Notes under the pieces: generated by a model
The model's input: only the letters and a program-made list of their open reading frames with translations
Told to the model about the DNA's origin: nothing
Databases searched by the model: none
In this document: positions 18,601 through 27,010 of the stretch, in pieces
How positions within the stretch are numbered: the stretch's first letter is position 1
Layout of the letters: every line of letters starts with the position of its first letter
Source of the DNA: Anaerolineae bacterium
Lineage (GTDB): Bacteria > Chloroflexota > Anaerolineae > Anaerolineales > E44-bin32
Direction of reading: 5' to 3'
Assembly (NCBI GenBank): GCA_011192015.1
Contig: DUET01000085.1
Coordinates: 20,648-84,647, forward strand
DNA length: 64,000 bases
Translations under genes and position numbers: made by a program

Positions 18601-18881
18601 GGGTGGCAGTTATGATCCATGAGGGCTGGAGTGATGGCGGGACGGGTGCAGCCGAAACCATGATCCGAGGTTCCACGGCAGAGAACACAGTCATGCGTGG
18701 GGAACATGAATCCCAATTGCGCAACACGCCCCCCGAGCGAGGGAGTATTTTCCAGAAGATAGGTGTGAATACCGGCTTCAGCAAGGTCGATGGCGGCGCG
18801 CATGCCTCCAACACCACCACCGATGACAAGAACTCCACGTTCTTGTTGCAAACCAGCTTCGATGGGATCACCTGAGTACAT
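15690..18881 (-). CDS. hdrA: Double HdrA-type flavoprotein (two HdrA units, no GltD-like insert), paralog 3
   Basis: 1063 aa with VIGGGVGGMRAAIDLAEAG, FPTHDCVLC, CINCGRCAEVCP, CEDCRKCVEVCP, WLQCIGSRDQRNPYCSSICCMYA. Second unit: VVLCGCAGEISN, VIGGGVSGMTAALG, MIQCVMPEDGIDYCSRICC, and a C-terminal CTGCLTCVRTCP..CQGCGTCTAECP. Confidence 0.9.
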   Translation of the reverse strand: MYSGDPIEAGLQQERGVLVIGGGVGGMRAAIDLAEAGIHTYLLENTPSLGGRVAQLGFMFPTHDCVLCRGTSDHGFGCTRPAITPALMDHNCHPNITVLTSTDLISCEGQAGDFRVVLQEKPQIVNASLCINCGRCAEVCPEIRPSGFQLGLSSRKLIDKSAPRSLPNAYYLLQKTDRCEDCRKCVEVCPTDAIDLEAAPKPMEIHVGAVIMAMGFQPFDPSEMPELGYGRIPDVITSMQYERLASRSGPTEGIVRRISNNEVPKRIAWLQCIGSRDQRNPYCSSICCMYATKEAMLAKERIDGVECHIFTMDERAFNKEYNFYYQKARDDFGINYTRCRISSVDEDPETGEVILRFPAGRIHEEAAHGQGAIQEERFDLLVLTVGIRPPKDAVKIAQQLGINLNEYGFCETDKFAPLSTSRPGVFVCGAFASPKEIAETILDASGAAAEAMRIMHDQLGSRTFSRAQPFLSLESGSTVQEEKPKDPAISVVLCGCAGEISNIIDLKTIADQITHLEGVKKVEILPLACLQDGKQQIRDLIRSNGANRLVIGACSHRTHEPLFQRLVAETGINPYLVEVVNLREHCAWVHPQDHQGATHKAYELMRMGIERIRHAVPIIKEERKPVRAALVIGGGVSGMTAALGIADAGYDVHLVEKDNELGGNLRHVYYVAEGDNPQRLLRDLVNRILSHERISLHIRSQIVRHTGSVGDFRARIRSQRSNGSFQEEEIRHAVTILATGGKEAGGSRYLLGKDPRVIPQSELEQILAHQPERATRLRSVVMIQCVMPEDGIDYCSRICCTNSLKNALRLKMLNPDCQVVILYKNIITYGFREKYYIEARRRGVLFVRYTENDPPRVRIELSGSRLKTIVDIQENIFGRTLSFEPDLLALSMAVQPAEDTSKLAQMLGVPQSPEGFFQESHLKMRPMEFADEGIFLTGMAHYPKFLEECITHSLACVGRALTILSRPTIQLGGVIAVVDPDRCTGCLTCVRTCPFGIPEIRIDQVGVGGLDGAAWINPARCQGCGTCTAECPARAIQLRHYHDDQIRVGLGQWEQPLPELAAD

Positions 18882-19141
18882 CTACCGACCTTTCCTATTC
18901 GACTGCCTTACCGTGAGGTATCAACCAATAAAGGCACAGGAACAGCATTACCGGTCCCTGAGCTGACATGTGTCCAAGGGTAAATCTAATCTCGCGGGAT
19001 GAGGGGATATAGTGAAGAAGGTCACGAATGCCGGGGGATGAATTTCGCCAGCAGGAGCGGATGAGCCGCTTCCCTTCCAGCCCATTTCTCGTAAAGGCAA
19101 GGCCAATCTACATCCCTGCGCATCGAGGGGAGCGAATCGGA

Positions 19142-19168
19142 AAGGGCCTCCCCACAGGAGAGGCCCTT
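19142..19168 (-). terminator. Candidate intrinsic terminator after the malic enzyme gene
   Basis: Inverted repeat AAGGGCCTC..(9 nt)..GAGGCCCTT located 30 nt past the stop at 19198. On the minus strand it is followed by TTTCC (short U tract only). Confidence 0.45.
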
Positions 19169-19197
19169 GGATGGTTTTATGCTCCGTTTCCGAGGTG

Positions 19198-20556
19198 CTA
19201 GTCGGAGGCTGCGATGAAGCCCTCCTTCATCATCTCCTGGGTCAGATTACGAGCCCGTCGGATGATGGCCTCGGCATTTTTGAGTTCCTCTTCGTAGGTC
19301 ATGGGCTTGCGGGCGATGCCCTCCTCGACAGCCTTGGCGGCCACAGCGGCTGCCTCTCGAGGGAAGACCTCCCACTCGTCCATGTTGGGCAGGATGTAAT
19401 CATGATCCAGGCCCTTTTCAACCGCCATGCCGGCCAGCGCTTCGGCAGCGGCGAAGCACATGGTGTCGGTGATTGTGGAGGCGCGCACATCCAGCGTGCC
19501 GCGGAAGATGCCCGGAAAACCCAGCGAGTTGTTGACCTGGTTGGGGAAGTCGGAGCGTCCGGTTGCCACGATGGTTGCGCCGGCCTCTTTCGCTTCCCAC
19601 GGCCAGATCTCGGGCACGGGATTAGCGCATGCAAAGACGATCGAATCCTTGGCCATGCCTTTGACCCATTCCGGAAGGATCGTTCCCGGCCCGGGCTTGG
19701 AGAGGGCAATGACCACATCCGCACCGCGCATCGCGTCCTCGATGTTCCCGGTCCTGCCTTCCTGATTGGTCTTCAGGCAGAAGTTCCACTTGTCGACATA
19801 CTCGTCTTTGCGCTTCTCGAGATCGGCGCGGTCCTTGTGCAGGATGCCCTTGCTGTCGACAACTCGGCAGGCTGCCGGGTTGGCCCCTGCCGCGAAAACC
19901 AGGCGGGCGATGGCAACGTTGGATGCGCCAGAGCCTATGAAGGCGATGCTTACGTCCTCGAGCTTCTTGTCGACGATCTTGAGGGCATTGAGAAGACCCG
20001 CCAGTGTAACGGTGGCGGTGCCCTGCTGGTCGTCGTGCCATACGGGAATCTCGGCGCGCGCACGCGTCGTATCCAAGACATGGAAGCACTTCGGCTGGGA
20101 GATGTCCTCCAGATTGACGCCGCCAAAGCCGGGTTGAATCATCAACACGGTTTCGATGATCTTTTCAGGATCCTTGGTGTCGAGCATGATGGGCCATGCG
20201 TCAACGCCGCCCAAGTACTTGAAGAGCAATGCCTTGCCTTCCATCACCGGAAGACCGGCTTTCGGGCCGATGTCGCCTAGGCCCAAGACGCGTGTGCCAT
20301 CGGAAACAACCGCCACGGTGTTCCACTTATGCGTATGTTCGTAAACCAGTTCTGGATCCTCGGCGATCGCTCTGCAGGGTGCAGCCACGCCGGGGGTATA
20401 CCAGATGGCGAAATCATTGAAATCCTTCACGCGTGCCTTCAGGGCGACTTCAACCTTTCCACGGTAGAACGGGTGGAGGCGCATGGCATCTGCCGAAGGT
20501 TTCTTGGCTTTGGCGAGTAGCGCTTCGATATCGAGGGGTGCTTCTTCTTTGGGCAT
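19198..20556 (-). CDS. NAD(P)-dependent malic enzyme
   Basis: Malic-enzyme-type sequence ([67 protein letters not shown]). The track ORF starts at GTG 20586; ATG 20556 preceded by GAGGAGG is preferred. Confidence 0.9.
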   Translation of the reverse strand: MPKEEAPLDIEALLAKAKKPSADAMRLHPFYRGKVEVALKARVKDFNDFAIWYTPGVAAPCRAIAEDPELVYEHTHKWNTVAVVSDGTRVLGLGDIGPKAGLPVMEGKALLFKYLGGVDAWPIMLDTKDPEKIIETVLMIQPGFGGVNLEDISQPKCFHVLDTTRARAEIPVWHDDQQGTATVTLAGLLNALKIVDKKLEDVSIAFIGSGASNVAIARLVFAAGANPAACRVVDSKGILHKDRADLEKRKDEYVDKWNFCLKTNQEGRTGNIEDAMRGADVVIALSKPGPGTILPEWVKGMAKDSIVFACANPVPEIWPWEAKEAGATIVATGRSDFPNQVNNSLGFPGIFRGTLDVRASTITDTMCFAAAEALAGMAVEKGLDHDYILPNMDEWEVFPREAAAVAAKAVEEGIARKPMTYEEELKNAEAIIRRARNLTQEMMKEGFIAASD

Positions 20557-20638
20557 AATTGGAGACCTCCTCAGCCGGTGTTCCACGACCGACTGATGTG
20601 GCTATGGGTAGCGCGCGTACGCGTCCCAGATTGATGCG

Positions 20639-21565
20639 CTAATGGCGCAGATACGAGTCGGTATAGATAACCTTGTTGAGCAGGATCTGGACGGTCTTCC
20701 AGACGGCTTCCTGCTCGGGATCCCCCATGTCGACGTCCTCCGGCTGCAGTTCTTCCATGGCGGCCACGGCATCGAAGAGTTTGATGTACAGCGCACCCAC
20801 AGGAGTGCTGTCGTCACGCTCCTCTACGAAGCGAATGGTTTCCGCGAGTTTCTTGTCCAGCGGATTCATGATGGCAGAATCGAGCCCAGCAGCCATCAGC
20901 ATGACCAAGTAAACCCGGTCGAGCAAGGGGCGCATCTCATCCGGAACCTGGTTGGAAACGTTCGAAAGTCCCACGACGGTCATCGGCGGAGGATCCATCA
21001 CCATCTTGATCATACGTACAGTTTCGATGGCTTCTGGGACGTATTCCTGGCATCCGGATACGGTGAGAATGAGCGGATCGATGAGCAGGTTCTCGATGGG
21101 AATGCCGACTTCTTGAGCCCGAGGGATCAGCTTCTCCATGGCAATCCCAATGCGTGCGTCCGCGCTGACAGGAATGCCGCTCTTCTCCAGGCAGAGGGCG
21201 ATGAGCTTCGCATCGTACTGCGCGGCCAGAGGCGGGACGGAGGCCAAGCGCTCCTCTTCGGCCGAAGTGGAGTTCACAATGCCGTTGCTCCCCACCCTCT
21301 TGAGACCGGCTTCGATGGCCGCCAGATTGGTGGTGTCGAACGAGATGGTGATGTCCGCATCTGCCTCTTGGACACAATCCACCAGCCAATCCACGACCTC
21401 CGGACCATCCTTCTTGCGACGGCCGATGTTCAGATCGATGACATCCGCCCCTCCCTCCTTCTGCGCTCGGACCAAATCCACGAAGAAGGCTCCATCGCGC
21501 TCTTTCAAGGCCGCCTTGACCTTGTCCGATATGATGTGGATATTCTCTCCGATTTTGTACATCAA
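20639..21565 (-). CDS. acsE: Methyltetrahydrofolate:corrinoid/iron-sulfur protein methyltransferase
   Basis: 308-aa pterin-binding-type ORF (IGENIHIISDKV, GADVIDLNIG, ISFDTTN) in acs cluster context. Confidence 0.85.
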   Translation of the reverse strand: MMYKIGENIHIISDKVKAALKERDGAFFVDLVRAQKEGGADVIDLNIGRRKKDGPEVVDWLVDCVQEADADITISFDTTNLAAIEAGLKRVGSNGIVNSTSAEEERLASVPPLAAQYDAKLIALCLEKSGIPVSADARIGIAMEKLIPRAQEVGIPIENLLIDPLILTVSGCQEYVPEAIETVRMIKMVMDPPPMTVVGLSNVSNQVPDEMRPLLDRVYLVMLMAAGLDSAIMNPLDKKLAETIRFVEERDDSTPVGALYIKLFDAVAAMEELQPEDVDMGDPEQEAVWKTVQILLNKVIYTDSYLRH

Positions 21566-21604
21566 ATCTCTCCTAGCGGGTTTTCATTGGGCTCACGATC
21601 TCCC

Positions 21605-22372
21605 CTAACTTGAGCCTAAGACGCGGGTGGTCATTTCTTCAACGGCCTGATAAGCCGCAGAATCCTTATCCAGTGTTGCCAGGGGTTCACCCAAAGCATC
21701 CAAACGATTGACATTCTCATCGGACTTGATATGGACAATCACATCGAGCCCCAATGCGTCGATGGCCTTCTGCAGCGGTTCCGGAATCTCCCCCATTACT
21801 CGATTGACGACCAGGAATTTCCGCTTGATATTGACATCCAAGGTGTCGGAAAGTGTGGCCATGTCAGCTGCCGTACGAACGCCTCTCAAGGTGGGATCCG
21901 TGATCAGGAGCAGAACGTCGACATCCCGGGTGGTTCGCCGGCTGATGTGTTCCATGCCGGCCTCGTTGTCCATGATCACAAACTTGTAAGGTTGGCTCAT
22001 GCTGTCGATGACCTGGCGTAGCATGTTGTTAAAGGCGCAGTAGCAGCCGGGCCCCTCGGGTCTCCCCATGGCGATGAGATCGATCTCCTGCCCTTCCTCC
22101 AACGCCATGCGGACTTCAAGATCCAGGTAGTCCTGCCGCGACATCGTAACGCCAAGTCCCCCCGAGATGTTCATGGCGGCCATTTTCTCGCGAATCTCGC
22201 CCACTGTGCTGGGCATGGGCATGCCCAAAGCCATATGCAGGTTGGCGGCTGGATCAGCATCGATGGCCAAGATGGGGCCTTCGTTCCTACGTACCAAAGA
22301 GCGGATCATCAGAGCCGCAACCGTGGTCTTTCCTGTACCGCCTTTTCCAGCCAGCGCAATCGTTATGGTCAT
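21605..22372 (-). CDS. cooC: CODH/ACS nickel-insertion ATPase CooC/AcsF
   Basis: Likely start is MTITIALAGKGGTGKT (P-loop). CooC-type CxC motif GPGCYCAFN. ATGA overlap with the upstream gene stop at 22369-22372. Confidence 0.9.
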   Translation of the reverse strand: MTITIALAGKGGTGKTTVAALMIRSLVRRNEGPILAIDADPAANLHMALGMPMPSTVGEIREKMAAMNISGGLGVTMSRQDYLDLEVRMALEEGQEIDLIAMGRPEGPGCYCAFNNMLRQVIDSMSQPYKFVIMDNEAGMEHISRRTTRDVDVLLLITDPTLRGVRTAADMATLSDTLDVNIKRKFLVVNRVMGEIPEPLQKAIDALGLDVIVHIKSDENVNRLDALGEPLATLDKDSAAYQAVEEMTTRVLGSS

Positions 22373-23397
22373 GCTTCCACCCCAGCATGGCGCAATGCTC
22401 GACGAGCACGCAGGGTAACCCATTTGTTCGGTTGCCCTTTGGCCCCAAGATCGCCCCACATCTTACCAGCATAAGTGTATTCCAGATTCCAACGTCCCTT
22501 TGAATCGCGTTTGTTCAAGATCATCTCCAGTGCATTTTGTATGCGCGGGTCTTTACCCAACCCCAGCGCGCAGAGAACCTCAACGTTGCGAAGCACGTCG
22601 CAGACATATCCCAGCGGGTAACCGAACTTGAACCAGCTGCGATTCGGCTTCTCGCTGTAGCCCATGGGATAATCCGCAACAGCCGGGTCACGGCTGAGAA
22701 GAAACTCAATGCCGGCCTGGATCGCTCTGTCGATGACAGGTGTGCGATGATGCGAGGACACCTTGCTGAGCGCCTCGATGGCGGGCACGGCGCCCCAGGC
22801 GCAGGGCTTATGGTCGTTCGCTGAACACAGGAAGCTGGGCCCGCTGTTGCCGGAGCGCAGATATCGTACAGGAGCCTTCTTCTCGGAAGATGGGGCGATA
22901 CCCTCTCCCAGGATGCTGCGCGCCATCCAATCTAACGCTTCCTGCAAGCGCATATCGGTTTCAAAACCCAATTCGATCAGGGACGAGCAGAGGTTCCCTT
23001 GGAGGCAATGGATCAAGCCCGAACGGGTGCCATTCATCGAGAAACCACCATCAGGAGCACGAGCGTTTTCGAGCACGTAATCGACAGCGGATCGGATGCG
23101 CACATCCCTGCCATCGGCCATGAACTGCCCTAAAAATATCACCTGCCAAAGGGTGCTCCGGTATTTGGGAAGATATCCGGGTCCGGCTTCAATCCAATAC
23201 CCTTCCGGTGTTTGAGCTTCGAGAATATCTCTGACAGGGGCTTGGTTCAGAGTCTCGGCCCGCGCGGCTACGAGCGAAGGGTCCTCGGCGTCGGCATCGA
23301 GAAGGTCGCGCATGGCCAAGAACCGCACGCCGGGGTCGGATTCCTCGAGCAGCCAATCCAGCACCGGATCCGCAGAGGCTTTCATGCCGCTTTCCAT
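22369..23397 (-). CDS. Conserved-looking protein of unknown function (possible alpha/alpha-repeat or HEAT-like fold), embedded in the acs operon
   Basis: 342-aa ORF with no recognisable catalytic motif. N-terminal DPGVRFLAMRDL resembles a HEAT-like repeat. Aromatic- and Gly-rich. Translationally coupled (ATGA) to cooC. Confidence 0.6.
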   Translation of the reverse strand: MESGMKASADPVLDWLLEESDPGVRFLAMRDLLDADAEDPSLVAARAETLNQAPVRDILEAQTPEGYWIEAGPGYLPKYRSTLWQVIFLGQFMADGRDVRIRSAVDYVLENARAPDGGFSMNGTRSGLIHCLQGNLCSSLIELGFETDMRLQEALDWMARSILGEGIAPSSEKKAPVRYLRSGNSGPSFLCSANDHKPCAWGAVPAIEALSKVSSHHRTPVIDRAIQAGIEFLLSRDPAVADYPMGYSEKPNRSWFKFGYPLGYVCDVLRNVEVLCALGLGKDPRIQNALEMILNKRDSKGRWNLEYTYAGKMWGDLGAKGQPNKWVTLRARRALRHAGVEA

Positions 23398-23437
23398 ATC
23401 TTCGTTGTGATCGGTGGATGCATTCCGATCCCGTCTC

Positions 23438-25372
23438 TCATTTCTGCTCGTCCTGGACTTCGTCTCCGTTCCCGTCCTGCCAGATCTTGGCCACGCTTGG
23501 GAAGCGGCTCATGTCGGTATGCGGCATGAAGAGTGCTCCTGTAAAGGCGTCGAAAAAGGTGTTGTCTGCCGAGAGTTCGATGTAGGTCATGCCCTGGGAA
23601 ACCTTGTCCACACGGCTGTGAGCCTGTCTTGAAAGAAGGGCCATGTAGGTCCCCCGGACGGATGTGTTGCCAAGGAATTCGAAGCGATCCCAGGGAAGAT
23701 CCGGCAGCAGGCCAATCTGAATGGCCTTTTCCACGTTCACGTATTGGCCGAAGGAGCCGCCGATCAGGAATTGTTGAATGTCCTCCAACCCCACGCCCAC
23801 GCTGCGCGCCAGGACATGGTAACCGGCGTAGATGGCGGCCTTGGCGCGCATCAGGTTTTCGACGTCGACATTCGTGAGGACAATGTCCTTGCCGGTTTCG
23901 GTTTCATCGGCCCAGGCGACAACGAACTCGGGTCCGTGATTCCCGGTTCTCACCCTGGGCGTGTCCAAACTGAGGTTGACCCTGCCCCCCCGATCGATGG
24001 CGCCCGTCACGAAGAGTTCGGCCATGAGCGAGATCAAACCGGATCCACAGATTCCCCGCGGTTTTCCGCCTCCGATCACTCGGTAAGTGGGCTCGTGGGT
24101 ATCGGAGTGAATCCAAACTTCCTCGATAGCTCCTTTGGTGGCGCGCATGCCATCGACGACCCCGGCGCCCTCGAATGCCGGTCCCGCCGAACAAGCGCAG
24201 GTCACCATCCAATCACGAGTGCCCAGGACCATCTCGCCGTTCGTGCCCACGTCGATGAAGAGCGTCAGATCCTCGCTATCCACCAATCCCGATGACAATG
24301 CGCCGGCAGTGATATCGGCGCCGACGTAGGAGGCCACACCCGGCAGGCATTCCACACTGGCCAGCGGATGCGCCTCGATACCGAGCTCATTCGCTGAATA
24401 TGGCGGCACTCGATTGGCGGCAGGGATGTAGGGAGTCAGGCGGATGGTTTCGGGAGGCAAACCCAGGAAGAGGTGGATCATGGTCGTGTTGCCTGCAACC
24501 AGCACCTTGAAGATGTGTTCTTGAACAATGCCCGTCCTCTTCTGGACGCGCGTGAGCAGTTCGTGGATGGTTTCTCGTACACGTGCCGAAAGCTGATGAA
24601 GTCCATCGCCCTTGGTGGCATAGACAATGCGGGAGATCACGTCCTCACCGAAGGCGATTTGGCCGTTGTATTCGGCCGCGGATGAAAGGACTTCCCCGCT
24701 GGTGAGATTGACGAGATAGAGCGTGACCGTGGTAGTACCGATATCGATCGCCAAACCAAGAGGGTCAAATGCTTGGGCACTGATCTCCATCAACCGCGCC
24801 CGTCCTGAACCCTCCTCCCCGATCATCTCGAAGGCAATCCAGGGTTGCCAATCTGCTTGGCGCAGCTTGTCCCCCAGGCTTCGAAGCAGGGGAAGGGGCA
24901 ACTCGATATCCGAGATCCCCAATTCCGAAAGGCCATGCTTGAGTCGGCCCAGATCGTCAACATTGTCATCCAAGGAGGGGGGATGCAGGTGCAGCTGGGA
25001 AACTCGAACGGGCTGCATCGTGGCTGGGTCATATGGAAAGGGCAACTCGACTTTACGAACTGAACGTCCTGTGACGATGCGCCGTTCGACGCGCTCCTGT
25101 TCTGGAATGGTGACGGTGATGTCGTCTTCGATGACCGTCTGGCAAGCCAGTGCGTAACCGGCCTCCACATCCTCGGACGACAACCGGATCGTGGATCTGC
25201 GGCGCACGCCGGCACCTTCAACAATGACAGCACATCGCCCGCAACGACCTTGGCCTCCACAGGGTTGCAGAATCTCCAACCCCGCTTGTCTGGCGGCTTC
25301 GGCGATCAACATCCCGGTTGGGACATCAACGGTCTTGTCTTCCGGCTGGAAGGTTACGCTGTGTGTTGCCAA
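23438..25372 (-). CDS. acsV: Reductive activator of the corrinoid/FeS protein (RACo/AcsV): [2Fe-2S] ferredoxin domain + ASKHA ATPase
   Basis: 644 aa. N-terminal plant-type ferredoxin motif QPCGGQGRCGRCAV..ACQT, followed by a large ATPase-like body (AIDIGTTTV, FIDVGTNGEMV). TTG start with upstream GAGAGGGG. Confidence 0.85.
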   Translation of the reverse strand: MATHSVTFQPEDKTVDVPTGMLIAEAARQAGLEILQPCGGQGRCGRCAVIVEGAGVRRRSTIRLSSEDVEAGYALACQTVIEDDITVTIPEQERVERRIVTGRSVRKVELPFPYDPATMQPVRVSQLHLHPPSLDDNVDDLGRLKHGLSELGISDIELPLPLLRSLGDKLRQADWQPWIAFEMIGEEGSGRARLMEISAQAFDPLGLAIDIGTTTVTLYLVNLTSGEVLSSAAEYNGQIAFGEDVISRIVYATKGDGLHQLSARVRETIHELLTRVQKRTGIVQEHIFKVLVAGNTTMIHLFLGLPPETIRLTPYIPAANRVPPYSANELGIEAHPLASVECLPGVASYVGADITAGALSSGLVDSEDLTLFIDVGTNGEMVLGTRDWMVTCACSAGPAFEGAGVVDGMRATKGAIEEVWIHSDTHEPTYRVIGGGKPRGICGSGLISLMAELFVTGAIDRGGRVNLSLDTPRVRTGNHGPEFVVAWADETETGKDIVLTNVDVENLMRAKAAIYAGYHVLARSVGVGLEDIQQFLIGGSFGQYVNVEKAIQIGLLPDLPWDRFEFLGNTSVRGTYMALLSRQAHSRVDKVSQGMTYIELSADNTFFDAFTGALFMPHTDMSRFPSVAKIWQDGNGDEVQDEQK

Positions 25373-25648
25373 GACTTTACCCCTCTCGTTTCATGCGGTA
25401 GCTGGCGAGAGCGTGTAAATTTGCCACACACCGTCGGTCCCGCCAGGCGATTTCCATGCTCGGAAGCGCGCTGGCGGGCCCGGGTCAAAGTGGACAGTGT
25501 GGGCAGGTTGCTCCGTGCAGGAGGACACCCCGCCTTCTTTGCGCCCGGGATCGGCGGGTGGATCATGAGTGATCAAGTTATGATCCCGGACCAGATGCTG
25601 CGAGACGACGGATCGCACGCAGCGCCATCTCTCAGCGGTTGTGAAGAA

Positions 25649-26992
25649 TCAGGTCGTCCACATCGATTTCAGATAGGAGGCGATATCAACCGCCTCGCGT
25701 GGGCCAACCATGATCTCCCAATCCGGCAGCTCTTCCTCCAGCTCGCCAGAGATTACAGCTACATGGCCGGGTATGATGATCTTGTGGTGCGGCACCTTAT
25801 CGGCCACGTTGAAAGTCTTCACGTCCTTGGCAATCCGCTCGGCATCGAATTTACCGGCTGCCCAAGCAGTCAGAACACTCATCCCCTCGGCGTCAGCAAC
25901 CAGCAACCATGCCGGTCGCCCAGTTCCCTCAACCTCATTGGCTACCGAGAAATAGGTGATCGAGAAGTTGGTCGTCACCATCAAAGGCGAGTTTTCGTCG
26001 GGATCGTTGATCTCGTACAAACCAGGCTGGACCTGGATGGGCTTCTGCGGGTTGGTGTAGATGTTCTCGCGAAGCACCAGCAGGGCGTAAAGGGTCGAGG
26101 GATCAAATTCGTCCAGCACAATCAACCCGCCATACTTGGCAATCTGCTCGGCAGCAAGGATGGCAGCATCCACACTCTCGGTGCTTCCCGGGAACGTGAT
26201 GACGGGGTAGCCGAGAGGTCGGAAGTTTTCCTTGAGGGCCAGGCGGCGCAGGGACGTCAGTTTATGAAGTGAGTCCAGGTAGCCTGATAGGGACGGATCA
26301 AGCGCCAGATCCTCCACACCAGCTTCCTTGATCTTCCCGGTGAGGTCTGCCAGCTCGTCCAGCGTTTCTGCCCGGACGGTCAGGGGTAAGCCGGCTTCCT
26401 TTGCAACTTGGGCCATGGCTTCCCAATTGTCAGCGTCAGCCGCATAGAGCAAGGGACGTGTCTCATCCAGGGCTTCTATACCTGCCTTGGCGAGATCGGG
26501 CGTCGCGGCCAACAGGATCAAGGGGCGCTTGGTCTTTTCCGCAACAGCCGCCACGGCTGCACCGAAGGTTTTCGGATCACCGGAGGCGGCTTCGATGGCG
26601 AAACCATCCAGGTAGAGATCAATGCCCACATAGTCCACATGATAGGCATCGGCTTCGGCAACCTTCTCCTTCAGTTCGTCGGCACTCAGGCTGTCTTGCA
26701 GGCGCAGGAAGACACCGCAGCGGTTGAAGAAGGTCTTTTCGTGGCGGAAGAGGACGGTTTCGTTGCCGACCTGGAATTCCCCTTCGCTGCCCTTGAGCTC
26801 GAGCAAGCGGATGGGAGGAGCAGAGGCTTCGGCGAGTTTGGTCTTCGCTTCCTCGCTGACATGGGGGCAGTCGGCCAGGTCTGCTTGCTTGGCCGCCAGC
26901 TTCATCGCAAAAGCCAGGCATGTGGGGTAGTTGCAATCTTTGCAGTTTGTTTGCGGCAACAGTTTGTAGATTTCTAGACCAGTGAGGGCCAT
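25649..26992 (-). CDS. acsC: Corrinoid/iron-sulfur protein large subunit
   Basis: 447 aa. N-terminal [4Fe-4S] motif LPQTNCKDCNYPTCLAFAMKLA..CPHV, which is typical of AcsC. Confidence 0.9.
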   Translation of the reverse strand: MALTGLEIYKLLPQTNCKDCNYPTCLAFAMKLAAKQADLADCPHVSEEAKTKLAEASAPPIRLLELKGSEGEFQVGNETVLFRHEKTFFNRCGVFLRLQDSLSADELKEKVAEADAYHVDYVGIDLYLDGFAIEAASGDPKTFGAAVAAVAEKTKRPLILLAATPDLAKAGIEALDETRPLLYAADADNWEAMAQVAKEAGLPLTVRAETLDELADLTGKIKEAGVEDLALDPSLSGYLDSLHKLTSLRRLALKENFRPLGYPVITFPGSTESVDAAILAAEQIAKYGGLIVLDEFDPSTLYALLVLRENIYTNPQKPIQVQPGLYEINDPDENSPLMVTTNFSITYFSVANEVEGTGRPAWLLVADAEGMSVLTAWAAGKFDAERIAKDVKTFNVADKVPHHKIIIPGHVAVISGELEEELPDWEIMVGPREAVDIASYLKSMWTT

Positions 26993-27010
26993 GTTCTCTC
27001 TCCGCCTTCG

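Noticed and set aside
25391-25618. 75-aa minus-strand ORF in the acsC-RACo spacer as a possible small acs-cluster protein.
   Set aside because: It has no RBS and a Pro/Gly/Arg-rich low-complexity translation. The region is better explained as structured non-coding RNA or spacer, and is reported as such.
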